DNA of 64,000 bases from Candidatus Kaiserbacteria bacterium RIFCSPHIGHO2_02_FULL_49_34 (lineage in GTDB: Bacteria > Patescibacteriota > Minisyncoccia > Phycocordibacterales > UBA918), in NCBI GenBank assembly GCA_001781205.1, contig MFLE01000025.1:22914-86913 (forward strand), in the 5' to 3' direction. The notes under the pieces are model-generated. The model made no database searches. It saw nothing but the letters and a program-made list of their open reading frames with translations, and was not told the origin of the DNA. The position numbers were made by a program, and so were the translations under genes. The stretch's first letter is position 1. Each line of letters opens with the position of its first letter. Positions 1-10,182 of the stretch are shown piece after piece.

Positions 1-422
1 TACCAAAAGGCAAAAAGGTTTCTGAAGTCACCTTCGACGACGCTCTCCACTACCTCGTTCTCCCACGCACTCTCGGCGCACATGCAGAAACAGGCCTCGA
101 AATCGTCGCCAACATCGGCCGCTTCGGCCCCTACCTCGCGTACAATGGCGAATTCCGCTCACTCAAAAAAGGTGACGATCCATACACGATAACTCTTGAG
201 CGCGCTGTTGAAATCCTCGCAACTCCAAAGCCAGGACGCAAAGGCGAATCCGTCGTCAAAGACCTCGGCCTCCACCCCCGCACCAAAAAGCCCGTCATTG
301 TCTACGAATCCAAATCCGGACGCTTCCTCCGCCGCGGACTCAAACGCTTCAACATCCCCTCCGAAGTAAACATGGATACCTTCACCCTTGAAGATGCCCT
401 TGCCTACATGTCCGTAAAATAA
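1..422 (+). CDS. topA: DNA topoisomerase I, C-terminal fragment (5' end outside window)
   Basis: Open frame from the window edge to TAA at 420-422. Translation ...GRFGPYLAYNGEFRSLKK...VVKDLGLHPRTKKPVIVYESKSGRFLRRG... matches the GRFGPY-containing C-terminal region of bacterial TopA. No ATG in window, so it is missing from the ORF track. Confidence 0.55.
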   Translation, partial: PKGKKVSEVTFDDALHYLVLPRTLGAHAETGLEIVANIGRFGPYLAYNGEFRSLKKGDDPYTITLERAVEILATPKPGRKGESVVKDLGLHPRTKKPVIVYESKSGRFLRRGLKRFNIPSEVNMDTFTLEDALAYMSVK

Positions 423-514
423 CAAAATACACTCACTTCTCATGAGTGTATTTTATTGACATTTGCTGTCATGTATGTTTTTATCTCTAGGTTCATGTTC
501 TTCTTTGCTCTTTC

Positions 515-1114
515 TTGCTACTCGGAGGCGGTATGTATATCATCCTTGCGATACTTGTTGGATCCATTGGTTCTGTGATTACGTTCTATTACATCTGGCA
601 TCGCAGTCGCGCACGACGTCATGCGACACTATGCGGCATCCTACGTGAAGAAATCAGGGAGCTCAGAGGAGGACGCTTCCTGAACACGCAGCTTGACACA
701 GAGTTGCACCATCTCTCACAGCGACTCAAGCTCTACATGCACAGCGTGTATCGCGGCGGAGCCACGGTGGACATGCTTGACGATGTCGGTGAACAGCTGA
801 TTCGTGACGCACGCAGGCTTCGTGATTGTGCTCGGAATGATATCGCGCGACGTCGTACGGCATCGAGTATCTATGAACGAGCCTTCCCTGCCGTATATCA
901 GCTCCTTCGAGAGCGCCTCAGACAGAACGACAAAGCGGTAATGAAGATATGGCAACGCATGGTACAGGCGTCGCTCGACACAAAAGGCCCTGGCGTCTTT
1001 CGTGCAGTACGTCTGATTCAGAAACTCCAGAAAGAGTATGGCGAGCCCGTAGAACAAAACAACAATACTGCGTATAAACCCCATCCGACTGATTTTGCCT
1101 CTCGATACTCATAA
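515..1114 (+). CDS. hypothetical protein with N-terminal transmembrane helix
   Basis: 199-aa ORF. Hydrophobic N-terminus MLLGGGMYIILAILVGSIGSVITFYY followed by a charged Arg-rich soluble region. No recognisable motif. Confidence 0.45.
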   Translation: MLLGGGMYIILAILVGSIGSVITFYYIWHRSRARRHATLCGILREEIRELRGGRFLNTQLDTELHHLSQRLKLYMHSVYRGGATVDMLDDVGEQLIRDARRLRDCARNDIARRRTASSIYERAFPAVYQLLRERLRQNDKAVMKIWQRMVQASLDTKGPGVFRAVRLIQKLQKEYGEPVEQNNNTAYKPHPTDFASRYS

Positions 1115-1234
1115 GGACTATGAGGCACCTGTAACGCCACTTTACGAGTGGCGTTTTTTAATTGACAATACTATCTTTTGTGGTATGGTATACATGTTCT
1201 GTTCCACTCATTCATTGCTCCTTGGAGGTTACAC

Positions 1235-1558
1235 ATGTCCCAACCCACCACTCCCGAAGGTGTAAACCTTACCAGTGTCGACCTTGGCCGTCAGTATGGC
1301 GGCCTGCGCCACGACCAGCTCTACGCGTTCTTCACGGGGCTCAAGGAAGGTCTCGAGAATCGGGAAGATGTAAAATCGAATCCCGCCATCGCGCAGCAGT
1401 GCGAGCACATGCTGATCCACCTCGGCTTCATGATGACGCATGCATACAACGCGCATACGCATGAGAAAAACAAACTCGGCAGTAGCCTCGAGAACGAACG
1501 GACGGTCACGTTCAACGTAACCCCCACCAACAAGCTCATCTGGCCCGACGAGGAATAA
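1235..1558 (+). CDS. hypothetical protein
   Basis: ORF 1178..1558 with internal ATG at 1235 preceded by GGAGG (1224-1228). Followed by a hairpin plus T-tract terminator at ~1578-1610. Confidence 0.5.
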   Translation: MSQPTTPEGVNLTSVDLGRQYGGLRHDQLYAFFTGLKEGLENREDVKSNPAIAQQCEHMLIHLGFMMTHAYNAHTHEKNKLGSSLENERTVTFNVTPTNKLIWPDEE

Positions 1559-1689
1559 CCTCGCCCGCGCCACGCACAAGGCCCTCTACGCAAGTAGATG
1601 GCCTTTTTTCTGTAACCTGCAAATCACTAATAAAAATACTCCGCCAAATCTGGCGGAGCGTGAGTGTTTCCTATGTGCAGAGACGAAAA

Positions 1690-2160
1690 TTAATCAACGT
1701 CATAGCTGCCGACACATCCATCGTCCCAAGAACGCGCAAATTTGAAACATGCGCCTGGTTGTTCTTTCAGCGCATGCATTGCATGATAGAGACTCACCCC
1801 TTCGAGACCTTCATCCTTAACACGTCTGCCGAAGCAATTGATATCTACGGAATGACTCGGAGCAACACCCCTTTTACCGCCATCGGTCACACATGACCCA
1901 GACAACGTTTCAAATGCTGTGAAGCATGGGACGCCGAATATTTCCTCTTTCGTGTAGAACGATTTTACAAATTCCTGCACCGCCTTCGGGCTGTCTTCAA
2001 CCGCCTTCTGCGTAATTGCTACAAACCGCGCTTCATGTCTCATGTGTTGTACCTCGCAAGATTTTAAATGAACAAGTCTGCCACGGAGTGCGAACATGGT
2101 ATGGTGTCCCACACAGTATCCACACTCTCTTCCCCGACGAGCGTAGCACATCTCCACCAT
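1690..2160 (-). CDS. hypothetical Cys-rich protein (alternative start at 2043)
   Basis: 156-aa ORF on minus strand, no confident family assignment. A shorter version starting at MRHEARF (2043) is equally plausible. Confidence 0.35.
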   Translation of the reverse strand: MVEMCYARRGRECGYCVGHHTMFALRGRLVHLKSCEVQHMRHEARFVAITQKAVEDSPKAVQEFVKSFYTKEEIFGVPCFTAFETLSGSCVTDGGKRGVAPSHSVDINCFGRRVKDEGLEGVSLYHAMHALKEQPGACFKFARSWDDGCVGSYDVD

Positions 2161-2320
2161 AACGCAATCAAAATCAAAACAAAAAACAATCGATTGCTCG
2201 ATTGTTTTTTACAACATCTCCTACCACTCCATTACGAGGTTTGTATCTATCAGCTACGGAACTGGGGGATGTGGATTATGTGATGTCTACACCTCAAAAG
2301 TTTTTCTGATGTCTTGTTTA

Positions 2321-3049
2321 TTATTGCATTGGTATCTCAATAGCTAACACCTCTGTTCTGTCATTCGCCATCAGTGGAATAGATTGCAAATACTCGACAC
2401 CGAGAGCATCACGAGAAGACAAGGCAGTATCAGCAATGGTTACCTCTCCACTCATTACGAAGAAATACACTCCGTTCCCTGGCTTTTTAACGACATAGGT
2501 AGACGAATGCCCCTTGTTCATTACAATTCTTGAAATGTACGCATCTTGATTGATAGTGAGCACGCCTTCATGTTCTGTAGGAGCAACAAGGAGTTTTTCT
2601 CCCGGCTCTGATTGAAGGAACGACTGCTGATTATAGTGTGGCTCAATATTCCTGATTCGTGGTGTTATCCATATCTGAAATAATTGTAAATCGTCATCTC
2701 CGTCATTGTACTCAGAATGCCACACGCCTGCACCCGCGGACATAACCTGCACCTCCCCAGATGGAAGAGTTCCAATATTTCCCATGCTATCTTTATGGGT
2801 AAGCACCCCCTTGGTGACTATGGTGATAATCTCCATATTTTCATGACTGTGCGCACCAAAGCCAGAACCAGCTTTGATAGTGTCATCATTTAAAACTCGA
2901 AGCGCCCCAAACCCCATACGAGTAGGTTCGTACCAGTGCGCAAAACTGAAGCTAAAACGTGTTGAAAGCCAGTCATGCTCGCCGACGCCACGATTATCTG
3001 CTCTATGGATAGTTAGTTGTGTTTTCTGTTGCATAGTATGTATACACAT
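2321..3049 (-). CDS. pirin family protein (bicupin)
   Basis: HSHENMEIITIVTKGVLTHKDSMGN... and GEVQVMSAGAGVWHSEYN match the conserved pirin His-ligand motifs. Second in-frame ATG at 3034. Confidence 0.8.
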   Translation of the reverse strand: MCIHTMQQKTQLTIHRADNRGVGEHDWLSTRFSFSFAHWYEPTRMGFGALRVLNDDTIKAGSGFGAHSHENMEIITIVTKGVLTHKDSMGNIGTLPSGEVQVMSAGAGVWHSEYNDGDDDLQLFQIWITPRIRNIEPHYNQQSFLQSEPGEKLLVAPTEHEGVLTINQDAYISRIVMNKGHSSTYVVKKPGNGVYFFVMSGEVTIADTALSSRDALGVEYLQSIPLMANDRTEVLAIEIPMQ

Positions 3050-3323
3050 GAATAATACCTACAGTATACACAGATAGTTTACATTGTAAACTATCTTTAC
3101 CAATAAACGTGCGTGATCCATTTATTGCACAATCAAATGGAAAACAAAAAACAATCGATTGCTCGATTGTTTTTTTGCTGTTCTGCGAACGTTCTGAGGA
3201 CTTTCAAAATTGGATGAAATTGTGCTGGTTGGAGTAAAATTTTCTCGGGGCCGTACTTTAAGTACGGTGAGGAGGAAATTTTGCGAAACCAGTGCGAGTT
3301 CGCCAATTTTGGAAGTTCTTCAA

Positions 3324-5501
3324 TTATTCTACGTCTGCATCTACCACACCGCGTTCCTTCTTGATTTCCATTGCGATGTTTGGTGGTACGACGCCGTAGT
3401 GGTCGAATTCCATAGTCATGTTGCCACGGCCTTCGGTCATTGAACGGAGGGCTGTTGTGTAGCCGAAGAGTTCTGAGAGTGGTACCTTTGCGCGAATTGC
3501 GTGTACCATTCCTCGTTCTTCCATACCTTCTACCATACCGCGTTTTGATGAGAGTGAGCCGTTGACGTCACCTACGAACTTTTCAGGAACGGTAACTTCT
3601 ACCTTCATGACTGGCTCGAGGAGTACGGCGTTTGCCTTGCGAGCTGCTGCCTTGAATGCGTTAATTGCGGCGAGGCGGAATGCAATTTCTGACGAGTCAA
3701 CATCATGGTATGAACCATCGTAGAGCTCGACTGATACGTCTTCCATCTTGTAGCCGGCAACGAATCCGCGCCCCATAGCTTCCTTCGCTCCCTTCATAAC
3801 TGCTGGGATGAATTCGTTTGGAATCACACCTCCCTTGATGCTGTCGACAAACTCGAAGTGGTCTTCGCGCTTAACGTTCTTTGGGAGTGCTTCTTCGCCT
3901 TCTGGGCGAGGTTCGAGTGGCTTGATACGGATCTTAACGTGTCCGTACTGTCCACGACCACCTGACTGCTTGAGGTACTTGTAGTCTGCTTCGGCAGGGT
4001 TCTGGATAGTTTCGCGGTAGGCTACCTGTGGCTTGCCTACGTTTACTTCTACGCCGAACTCACGCTTCATGCGGTCAACGAGGATTTCGAGGTGGAGTTC
4101 ACCCATACCTGCGATGATAGTGTCCATTGTTTCTTCGTCGGTTGATACCTTGAAGGTTGGGTCTTCATCAGCAAGCTTGCGGAGTGCCATACCCATTTTT
4201 TCCTGGTCAACCTTTGTCTTTGGTTCGACGCGGAGTGCAACCACTGGTTCTGGGAAGGTAATCTGGTCGAGCGCAATTGGCTTGCCTTCGTCAGAAAGTG
4301 TGTGTGAGGTCTTCACACCCTTGAGGCCTACTGCTGCAGCGATTTCGCCGGTGTAGACTTCGGTAACTTCTTCACGCTTGTCTGCCATGAGGCGCACGAT
4401 GCGAGAGATACGTTCCTTTTCGCCGGTGTTTACGTTGTATACATATGAACCTGACTTGAGGGTACCTGAGTAGACTCGGAGGAAGGTAAGCGCACCAACG
4501 AACGGGTCGGTCTGGAGCTTGAAGGCGAGTGCCGCAAGTGGTGCGTCGTCTTTCTGTTCGAATGCAACTACTTCGTCAGTGTCTGGGTTGATACCTGTTA
4601 CTTTACCGTCGTTGCGCTCTACTGGTGATGGGAGGTAATCTACCACACCGTCGAGAACACGCTGTACACCAACGTTCTTGAGAGCTGAACCAGTAAATAC
4701 TGGGAAGATTTCGTTTGCGATAACTGCCTTACGGAGTGCTGCGCGGAGTTCTTCGGTTGGGATAGTTTCGCCGCCGAAGAAACGCTCCATGAGTGCGTCA
4801 TCGTGCTGTACAATGCGCTCAATGAGTTCTGCATGGTACTTCTGTGCTTCTTCGAGATGATCTGCAGGAATTTCAACCGCAGTTACGTCCATTCCCATAT
4901 TCCCCGTGAAGGTGTACGCCTTCATTTCGAGAAGGTCGATAACGCCTTGGAGTTCTGCTTCTGCGCCCCATGGAATCTGGTAGCGAACTGCCTTTGGAGA
5001 AAGGCGAGCGAGGATGGTTGCATATGAGCGCTCGAAAGAGGCACCCGTACGGTCCATCTTGTTAATGAAACAGATACGTGGCACTTCCGCTTCATCGGCA
5101 TAGCGCCAGTTGGTTTCTGACTGTGGTTCTACACCGGCAACACCGTCGAACACCACAACTGCACCGTCGAGCACGCGCATAGAGCGCTTTACTTCTGCGG
5201 TAAAGTCGATGTGTCCTGGTGTGTCGATCACGTTGAACGTGTACATGTGTGAAGTATCCTTGCGGTCCACAATGTCAGTCTTTGACCAGTTACAAGAAAT
5301 CGCAGCTGCAGTAATGGTAATACCGCGCTCGCGCTCTTGTTCCATCCAGTCGGTGGTTGTTTCGCCGTCGTGCACTTCGCCGATTTTGTGCGTCATGCCG
5401 GTATAGAAAAGTACGCGTTCAGACGTTGTCGTCTTGCCAGCGTCGACGTGTGCAACAATACCGAAGTTGCGTGTCTTGAGAAGCGGAAATGCTCGTGCCA
5501 T
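3324..5501 (-). CDS. fusA: translation elongation factor G
   Basis: 725 aa. N-terminus MARAFPLLKTRNFGIVAHVDAGKTTTSERVLFYTG...DWMEQERERGITI is canonical EF-G across the G domain, domain IV and the C-terminus. Confidence 0.97.
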   Translation of the reverse strand: MARAFPLLKTRNFGIVAHVDAGKTTTSERVLFYTGMTHKIGEVHDGETTTDWMEQERERGITITAAAISCNWSKTDIVDRKDTSHMYTFNVIDTPGHIDFTAEVKRSMRVLDGAVVVFDGVAGVEPQSETNWRYADEAEVPRICFINKMDRTGASFERSYATILARLSPKAVRYQIPWGAEAELQGVIDLLEMKAYTFTGNMGMDVTAVEIPADHLEEAQKYHAELIERIVQHDDALMERFFGGETIPTEELRAALRKAVIANEIFPVFTGSALKNVGVQRVLDGVVDYLPSPVERNDGKVTGINPDTDEVVAFEQKDDAPLAALAFKLQTDPFVGALTFLRVYSGTLKSGSYVYNVNTGEKERISRIVRLMADKREEVTEVYTGEIAAAVGLKGVKTSHTLSDEGKPIALDQITFPEPVVALRVEPKTKVDQEKMGMALRKLADEDPTFKVSTDEETMDTIIAGMGELHLEILVDRMKREFGVEVNVGKPQVAYRETIQNPAEADYKYLKQSGGRGQYGHVKIRIKPLEPRPEGEEALPKNVKREDHFEFVDSIKGGVIPNEFIPAVMKGAKEAMGRGFVAGYKMEDVSVELYDGSYHDVDSSEIAFRLAAINAFKAAARKANAVLLEPVMKVEVTVPEKFVGDVNGSLSSKRGMVEGMEERGMVHAIRAKVPLSELFGYTTALRSMTEGRGNMTMEFDHYGVVPPNIAMEIKKERGVVDADVE

Positions 5502-5724
5502 ATATAATGTATATAATTAATTAAAAACTGTTGTGTTTATGCCGCGCACTATAGCAAAAGAACGGCAATAAAGCAATGAGAAACAAGTGTTCACTGCCAG
5601 AGGTGACATGGGACTAACGGCAACCTACATCGCTCTAGTGCGATTACCTTACGACTGTTCGTATCAATATGCGACAACATAAAAACCCCGCAACTGCGGG
5701 GTTTGGCTAAACTGGGTGATGGAT

Positions 5725-6078
5725 CTACTCATCATAATCTTCATCATCACGAATCGTTAGTCTCTTATCTGTGCAGACATTGAATTCGTTTATGGCAAGC
5801 CATGTGTCGTCATTATAGATGGCCTGAAGATTAAAATAGCAAGTGTCGGTGCCATCGTCAATGTTTACAACAACACTATTCCCCGCCTCGAGTACTTCGG
5901 AGCCAAGAATATCCTCTCGCCACTCACCACCCGGACTGTTCGACGCATAGACCCTCATAATTGTATCGGGTGTATCATTAATCAGCCAGACATGTCGATC
6001 TTCCGCATGTGCGGTCGAACCAACAGCAAGCATCAGAAGACACGCGAGCGACACAACGGCTTTGTTAAAAGTTTTCAT
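5725..6078 (-). CDS. small secreted protein, paralog 1 (signal peptide, 2 Cys)
   Basis: Start chosen at MKTFNKAVVSLACLLMLAVGSTAHA (signal peptide) with GAGGA 8 nt upstream. Mature part ~90 aa with conserved WLINDT, DIDDGTDTCYF and FNVCT. Terminator hairpin at 5682-5707. Confidence 0.6.
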   Translation of the reverse strand: MKTFNKAVVSLACLLMLAVGSTAHAEDRHVWLINDTPDTIMRVYASNSPGGEWREDILGSEVLEAGNSVVVNIDDGTDTCYFNLQAIYNDDTWLAINEFNVCTDKRLTIRDDEDYDE

Positions 6079-6291
6079 GTGGTGAATCCTCATCATTATG
6101 CGAAGGAACATTAGGGGTGCTATCGATAGGCAGAGTACATCATGTTTGACAATAATGCAATGAGAAACAAGTGTTCTCTGCCAGAGACGACACAGGACGG
6201 ACAACAACCTGCACCGCCCTAGTGCTTGACTTGTGACTGCCACATAATAAAGACCCCGCTGCTGCGGGGTCTGGCCACACCGATGGTGGAG

Positions 6292-6627
6292 CTACTCTTG
6301 AATCGTCCAGCTGTTACCTGTACAGACATTAAAATCGTTACCGACAGTCGAGGTGCCATCGTTAAATTTGACCTTAAGATCAAAATAGCAACTGCCGGAG
6401 CCGTCATCGATGTCCACACGAACACGACTCCATGGCTTGAGCTCTTTTAGTCCATACATATACTCTTTTCTATCCTCACCCAAGCGATTTGACACATAGA
6501 GCTCTATGATCCAATAGGATGTATCATTAATAAGCCAGACACGTCGATCTTCCGCATGTGCGGACGAACCCACAGCAAGCATCAGAAGACAAGCGAGCGA
6601 CACAAGGGCTTTGTTGAAAGTTTTCAT
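6292..6627 (-). CDS. small secreted protein, paralog 2
   Basis: Same signal peptide MKTFNKALVSLACLLMLAVGSSAHA and same Cys-containing motifs as paralog 1 (~50% identity in the mature part). Terminator hairpin at 6251-6277. Confidence 0.6.
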   Translation of the reverse strand: MKTFNKALVSLACLLMLAVGSSAHAEDRRVWLINDTSYWIIELYVSNRLGEDRKEYMYGLKELKPWSRVRVDIDDGSGSCYFDLKVKFNDGTSTVGNDFNVCTGNSWTIQE

Positions 6628-6773
6628 GTGGTGAATCCTCATCAATACGTGAAGGAACAACAGGGTGCTATCGATAAGCAGAGTACATCATGTTTGACAC
6701 TAGTGCAAGAGCAATGCAAAGTTTATCTTGCCACACTACTGCAACAACACCTCCATTCGCGGAGGTGTGGGTT

Positions 6774-7760
6774 TTATTCGTCGTCTGACTCGTCGTTGCC
6801 GACTGCAGGGGGATTTTTGAGCGCTGCAATGATTTGGCTGATGTCTCCTTCTAGGACTGCGGGGATGTTGTGCCACGACACCTTGATACGATGGTCGGTG
6901 ATGCGGTTTTGTGGGAAGTTGTAGGTACGGATTTTTTCTGAACGGTCGCCGGTGCCGATTTGGTCTTTACGCTCTGAAGCGTTTTTCTTCGCATCTTCTT
7001 CTTCATGCATGGCATCGATTTTTGCAATAAGAATCGACATTGCCTTTTCACGGTTTTTAAGCTGGGACCGTTCTGACTGTGAACGCACATCGATACCGGT
7101 TGGTTTATGGAAGAGTCGCACGGCGGTTTCCACCTTGTTGACGTTCTGTCCACCGGCGCCGCCTGACTTGGAATACTCCATTTCGATGTCACTTTCTTTG
7201 AGTTCGTACTTTGACTTTTTACGCAGTGGCAAAATAGCGACTGATGCGGTTGAAGTGTGAATGCGTCCCATTTTTTCCGTCACCGGTACGCGCTGCACAC
7301 GATGCACGCCTGTTTCAAAGCGTAAGTCGTCGTAGGCACCATTGCCGACAATTTCAAACACAGCTTCCTTGTAGCCACCAGCTTCGTTCATTGATTCATA
7401 TTCGCGCGAGACCTTCCAACCCTTTGACTCCGCATACTTTTGGTAAAGTTCCGCGAGCTGGAGTGCAAAGAGTGATGCTTCGTCACCCCCGGCTCCCGCA
7501 CGGACTTCAAGCACGACACCATACGGACGTGCTTCTTCTTCCTTCCCTGCTTCTTCAATGCGCTTCATTTCGGTAAAGAGCGCATCGAGCTGCGCTTCAA
7601 CATCGGCGAGTTCGACATCCGCAAGCTCAGCCATGCTTTCATCTTCCTTAAGCAACAGCGCATCGTGTTGACGTGCAAAAAGCGCATCGCCCTGGGCGGT
7701 GTAAAATTGCGTGCGTGGGCTCTCTTTAAACGGAATGAGGTCTGCTTCAGAATATTTCAT
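6774..7760 (-). CDS. prfA: peptide chain release factor 1
   Basis: GGQ motif ([18 protein letters not shown]). PVT tripeptide upstream of GRIHTS ([21 protein letters not shown]) is RF1-type, not the SPF of RF2. C-terminal [14 protein letters not shown]. Confidence 0.92.
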   Translation of the reverse strand: MKYSEADLIPFKESPRTQFYTAQGDALFARQHDALLLKEDESMAELADVELADVEAQLDALFTEMKRIEEAGKEEEARPYGVVLEVRAGAGGDEASLFALQLAELYQKYAESKGWKVSREYESMNEAGGYKEAVFEIVGNGAYDDLRFETGVHRVQRVPVTEKMGRIHTSTASVAILPLRKKSKYELKESDIEMEYSKSGGAGGQNVNKVETAVRLFHKPTGIDVRSQSERSQLKNREKAMSILIAKIDAMHEEEDAKKNASERKDQIGTGDRSEKIRTYNFPQNRITDHRIKVSWHNIPAVLEGDISQIIAALKNPPAVGNDESDDE

Positions 7761-7773
7761 AGAGGTACTTATA

Positions 7774-8238
7774 CTATATATTGAGGATTTTTGCTATAAA
7801 TTTCTGCCACCATGACTTTTCTTCAGGCAGTTCTAACTCATCCGGCACTATTTCCTCTTTTTTTGTTTCCGGTAAAATAACAAGTGACTCTCCTTTTTGT
7901 GCAACATCAAATGACTGACGAATATACTCCTCTTTCCCTGCGTCACTTTCTGCATACGCAACACGAGCCTTGAGGGTGTCATGACGATCACGTGCTGCAC
8001 GCACATCAATCGCGCGGTCTTCAGCGCGTGCATTCCATAGACGTTCTTTTTTCCACTGCGTAAAAATAATGCTGCTCGTATAGAGCGTTACAAGCACACA
8101 CACACCAAGCGTTATCGGCGAATGCACAAATCGCGACCAAGCAGAGGGAGTATGTATGCGCGGAGTTTTCATATGCACAGTATACCTGAATTCATAGCAT
8201 ACGGAAAATGAACGAGGCATACGCACCGAGTGCGCCAT
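7774..8238 (-). CDS. septum formation initiator (FtsB/DivIC/FtsL-like) protein
   Basis: Single TM helix ([18 protein letters not shown]) followed by a charged coiled-coil-like region. Lies between ftsI and prfA. Start ATG overlaps the ftsI stop (TAATG at 8236-8240). Alternative start at 8172. Confidence 0.5.
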   Translation of the reverse strand: MAHSVRMPRSFSVCYEFRYTVHMKTPRIHTPSAWSRFVHSPITLGVCVLVTLYTSSIIFTQWKKERLWNARAEDRAIDVRAARDRHDTLKARVAYAESDAGKEEYIRQSFDVAQKGESLVILPETKKEEIVPDELELPEEKSWWQKFIAKILNI

Positions 8239-9965
8239 TATTGCGATATCGTACTGGTTGCGAGGCCGACGTACTCGGGGCGATTCTCTACCATCCAATC
8301 AACAACACCTTTCATCACCCAACTGGCACCGACTTGGTTTTTGTAGGGACCGTTTTCCATAAAGAGAATGAAGGAATATTTTGGTTCTTCATAGGGGAAG
8401 TAACCCGCCACCCACGTGTGTACCTTCGTCTTTGCGCGGTCGAGTTCGGCAGTACCAGACTTCCCTGCTATAGCGACATCCTTTCGGTCAAGTCCACGCA
8501 CGGTGCCACCATCAGTTGCGACCGCCTCACGAAGCCCCTGCTGCACCACACGTAGATATTCAGGAGCAAGCCCGAGGTCAGTCGACTCTGCGGGGACATC
8601 TTTGTAAATTGTTGGTGTATACTTCGTGCCACCATTCGCAAGCGCAGCATACGCCACCAACATTTGTACTGGCGTTACCTGCCAGCCATACTGTCCGATT
8701 GAGGTGTTATATGTGTCGCCGAGTCGCCACTCATCATCAAACACTTCCTGTTTCCATGCAGGATTTGGAACCACACCTGCACGCTCACCGGAAAGCGAAA
8801 TACCTGTCGGTACACCAAAACCAAAGCGGTTCATCCACTCATGATACTTCGTAATGCCGAGACCTTTTTGGTCTTCGGTGCCACCCGCGACCGTGTAAAA
8901 ATACACGTCGCCCGACTGCGCAATAGCACGTATCATATTGAGCGAGCCATGCGCCTTCCAGTCGCGAAAGATAGTTGGGTTTTCAGGATTGTAGCGATTC
9001 GGCACGATGAGTTTACCATCAGAATACACGGTTGTTTCGGGCGTCACCACCTTTTCAGCAAGTGCGGCATACGCCACAAATGGCTTGACAATTGAGCCAG
9101 GAATATAGGTACCGGCAATGATTTTATCCATCAGCGGCGCACGTGTGTCGTTATGCAGTTCAGCAATCTTCTCACGATCAGTACCATCAGCAAAAATCTT
9201 TGGGTCATAGGAAGGGAACCCTGCGAGCGCAATAATTTCTCCAGTATGCACGTCCATAATCGCTGCGGCTCCTGAACGGAATCCCGTTTGTGCTGTTGTG
9301 GATGCAATGAGGTCATGCATAACTTCGGTCAGCTCTGCATCGAGCGACAAGGTTACCGAATTCCCAGGCTGTGCTGGCGCAATAGTATGTTGAGCTATGA
9401 CCGTGCCTTTTACGTCTTCCTCATAGAAGCGAGTGCCGTTCTCGCCTGCAAGAAATGCATTTGCGGACTCTTCCACGCCCGCGATACCCGTGTACTCCGT
9501 ACGGAAGAACACTCCTTTTGCATCCTTGCGTGGAGCATTTACATACCCAATGACCGGCCCCATTCCGCGACGCGACGTGTATGCACGCACGGGAAAATCA
9601 TGCTCGGCGGCAATGTCGGCATCATTCCACGCAAGTGCCTCCCCAAAACGGTCAACAATTACCCCTCGCTCCGCAATAATAGTCTCCCGCCCGAGCGAAT
9701 TATTCACGCTGCGCTGATAAAACGACTCACCTTCAATAATCTGGATGACAAAAAGTCGATATGCAAACCATATCGCAACACCAAGAAACACCACACCGAC
9801 ACCGACAAGCCGTGACGTCGAAATAGGCATTTCGCGCTTCCCTTCAAGCCTATCCGCATCAACACGCGCAATATTGAGCGCATCCACGAGCACTTCATCG
9901 AACGACACTTCGCGTCGCACCGATCCAAACCTCTTTTTAAGCCATCGCAACATTCCCCCGAGCAT
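8238..9965 (-). CDS. ftsI: penicillin-binding protein 2 / FtsI-type peptidoglycan D,D-transpeptidase
   Basis: 575 aa. N-terminal TM anchor. Transpeptidase motifs SIVKP (SxxK) and KSGTA (KTG). Confidence 0.9.
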   Translation of the reverse strand: MLGGMLRWLKKRFGSVRREVSFDEVLVDALNIARVDADRLEGKREMPISTSRLVGVGVVFLGVAIWFAYRLFVIQIIEGESFYQRSVNNSLGRETIIAERGVIVDRFGEALAWNDADIAAEHDFPVRAYTSRRGMGPVIGYVNAPRKDAKGVFFRTEYTGIAGVEESANAFLAGENGTRFYEEDVKGTVIAQHTIAPAQPGNSVTLSLDAELTEVMHDLIASTTAQTGFRSGAAAIMDVHTGEIIALAGFPSYDPKIFADGTDREKIAELHNDTRAPLMDKIIAGTYIPGSIVKPFVAYAALAEKVVTPETTVYSDGKLIVPNRYNPENPTIFRDWKAHGSLNMIRAIAQSGDVYFYTVAGGTEDQKGLGITKYHEWMNRFGFGVPTGISLSGERAGVVPNPAWKQEVFDDEWRLGDTYNTSIGQYGWQVTPVQMLVAYAALANGGTKYTPTIYKDVPAESTDLGLAPEYLRVVQQGLREAVATDGGTVRGLDRKDVAIAGKSGTAELDRAKTKVHTWVAGYFPYEEPKYSFILFMENGPYKNQVGASWVMKGVVDWMVENRPEYVGLATSTISQ

Positions 9966-10040
9966 AGCCTACCTCCACCTGAAATGCAAAAACACGTAGT
10001 ACGATATGACTCTGGATCCCGTCAGGATGAGGAGGTGAAT

Positions 10041-10182
10041 TGGTACGAAGTGCCAAGAGTGGCTGCCCTGGGGTACAAATTTTGAGTGTAATGCCTCAAA
10101 TTATTTGATGGTTAAAATCGATTTTTACCATCTCTTTCTTCAGAGTGTCATACCCTCATTTTGTCATCCTGACGGGATCCAG
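10041..10182. repeat. MITE-like palindromic element, type A (copy 1)
   Basis: Terminal inverted repeats CTGGATCCCGTCAGGATGA…/…TTTGTCATCCTGACGGGATCCAG flank a central palindrome GATGGTTAAAATCGATTTTTACCATC. An extra fragment of type C TIR (cccgaggatgaca) lies at ~10285-10299. Confidence 0.7.

Larger units (their letters stand above)
5560..6770. repeat. tandem ~580-bp duplication (non-coding block + terminator hairpin + secreted-protein gene + 5' leader)
   Basis: Blocks 5571-5680 and 6151-6250 share caatgagaaacaagtgttc(a/t)ctgccagag… (~80% identity over ~100 nt). Hairpins 5682-5707 and 6251-6277 are homologous. Gene 5' regions (…gtgctatcgata(g/a)gcagagtacatcatgtttgaca…) are also conserved. Confidence 0.8.

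Noticed and set aside
4033-5406. Multiple plus-strand ORFs inside fusA (4033..4356, 4678..4860, 4803..5027, 5110..5406)
   Set aside because: They are antisense to a strongly supported EF-G gene and Ser/Thr/Pro-rich, typical of antisense translations.
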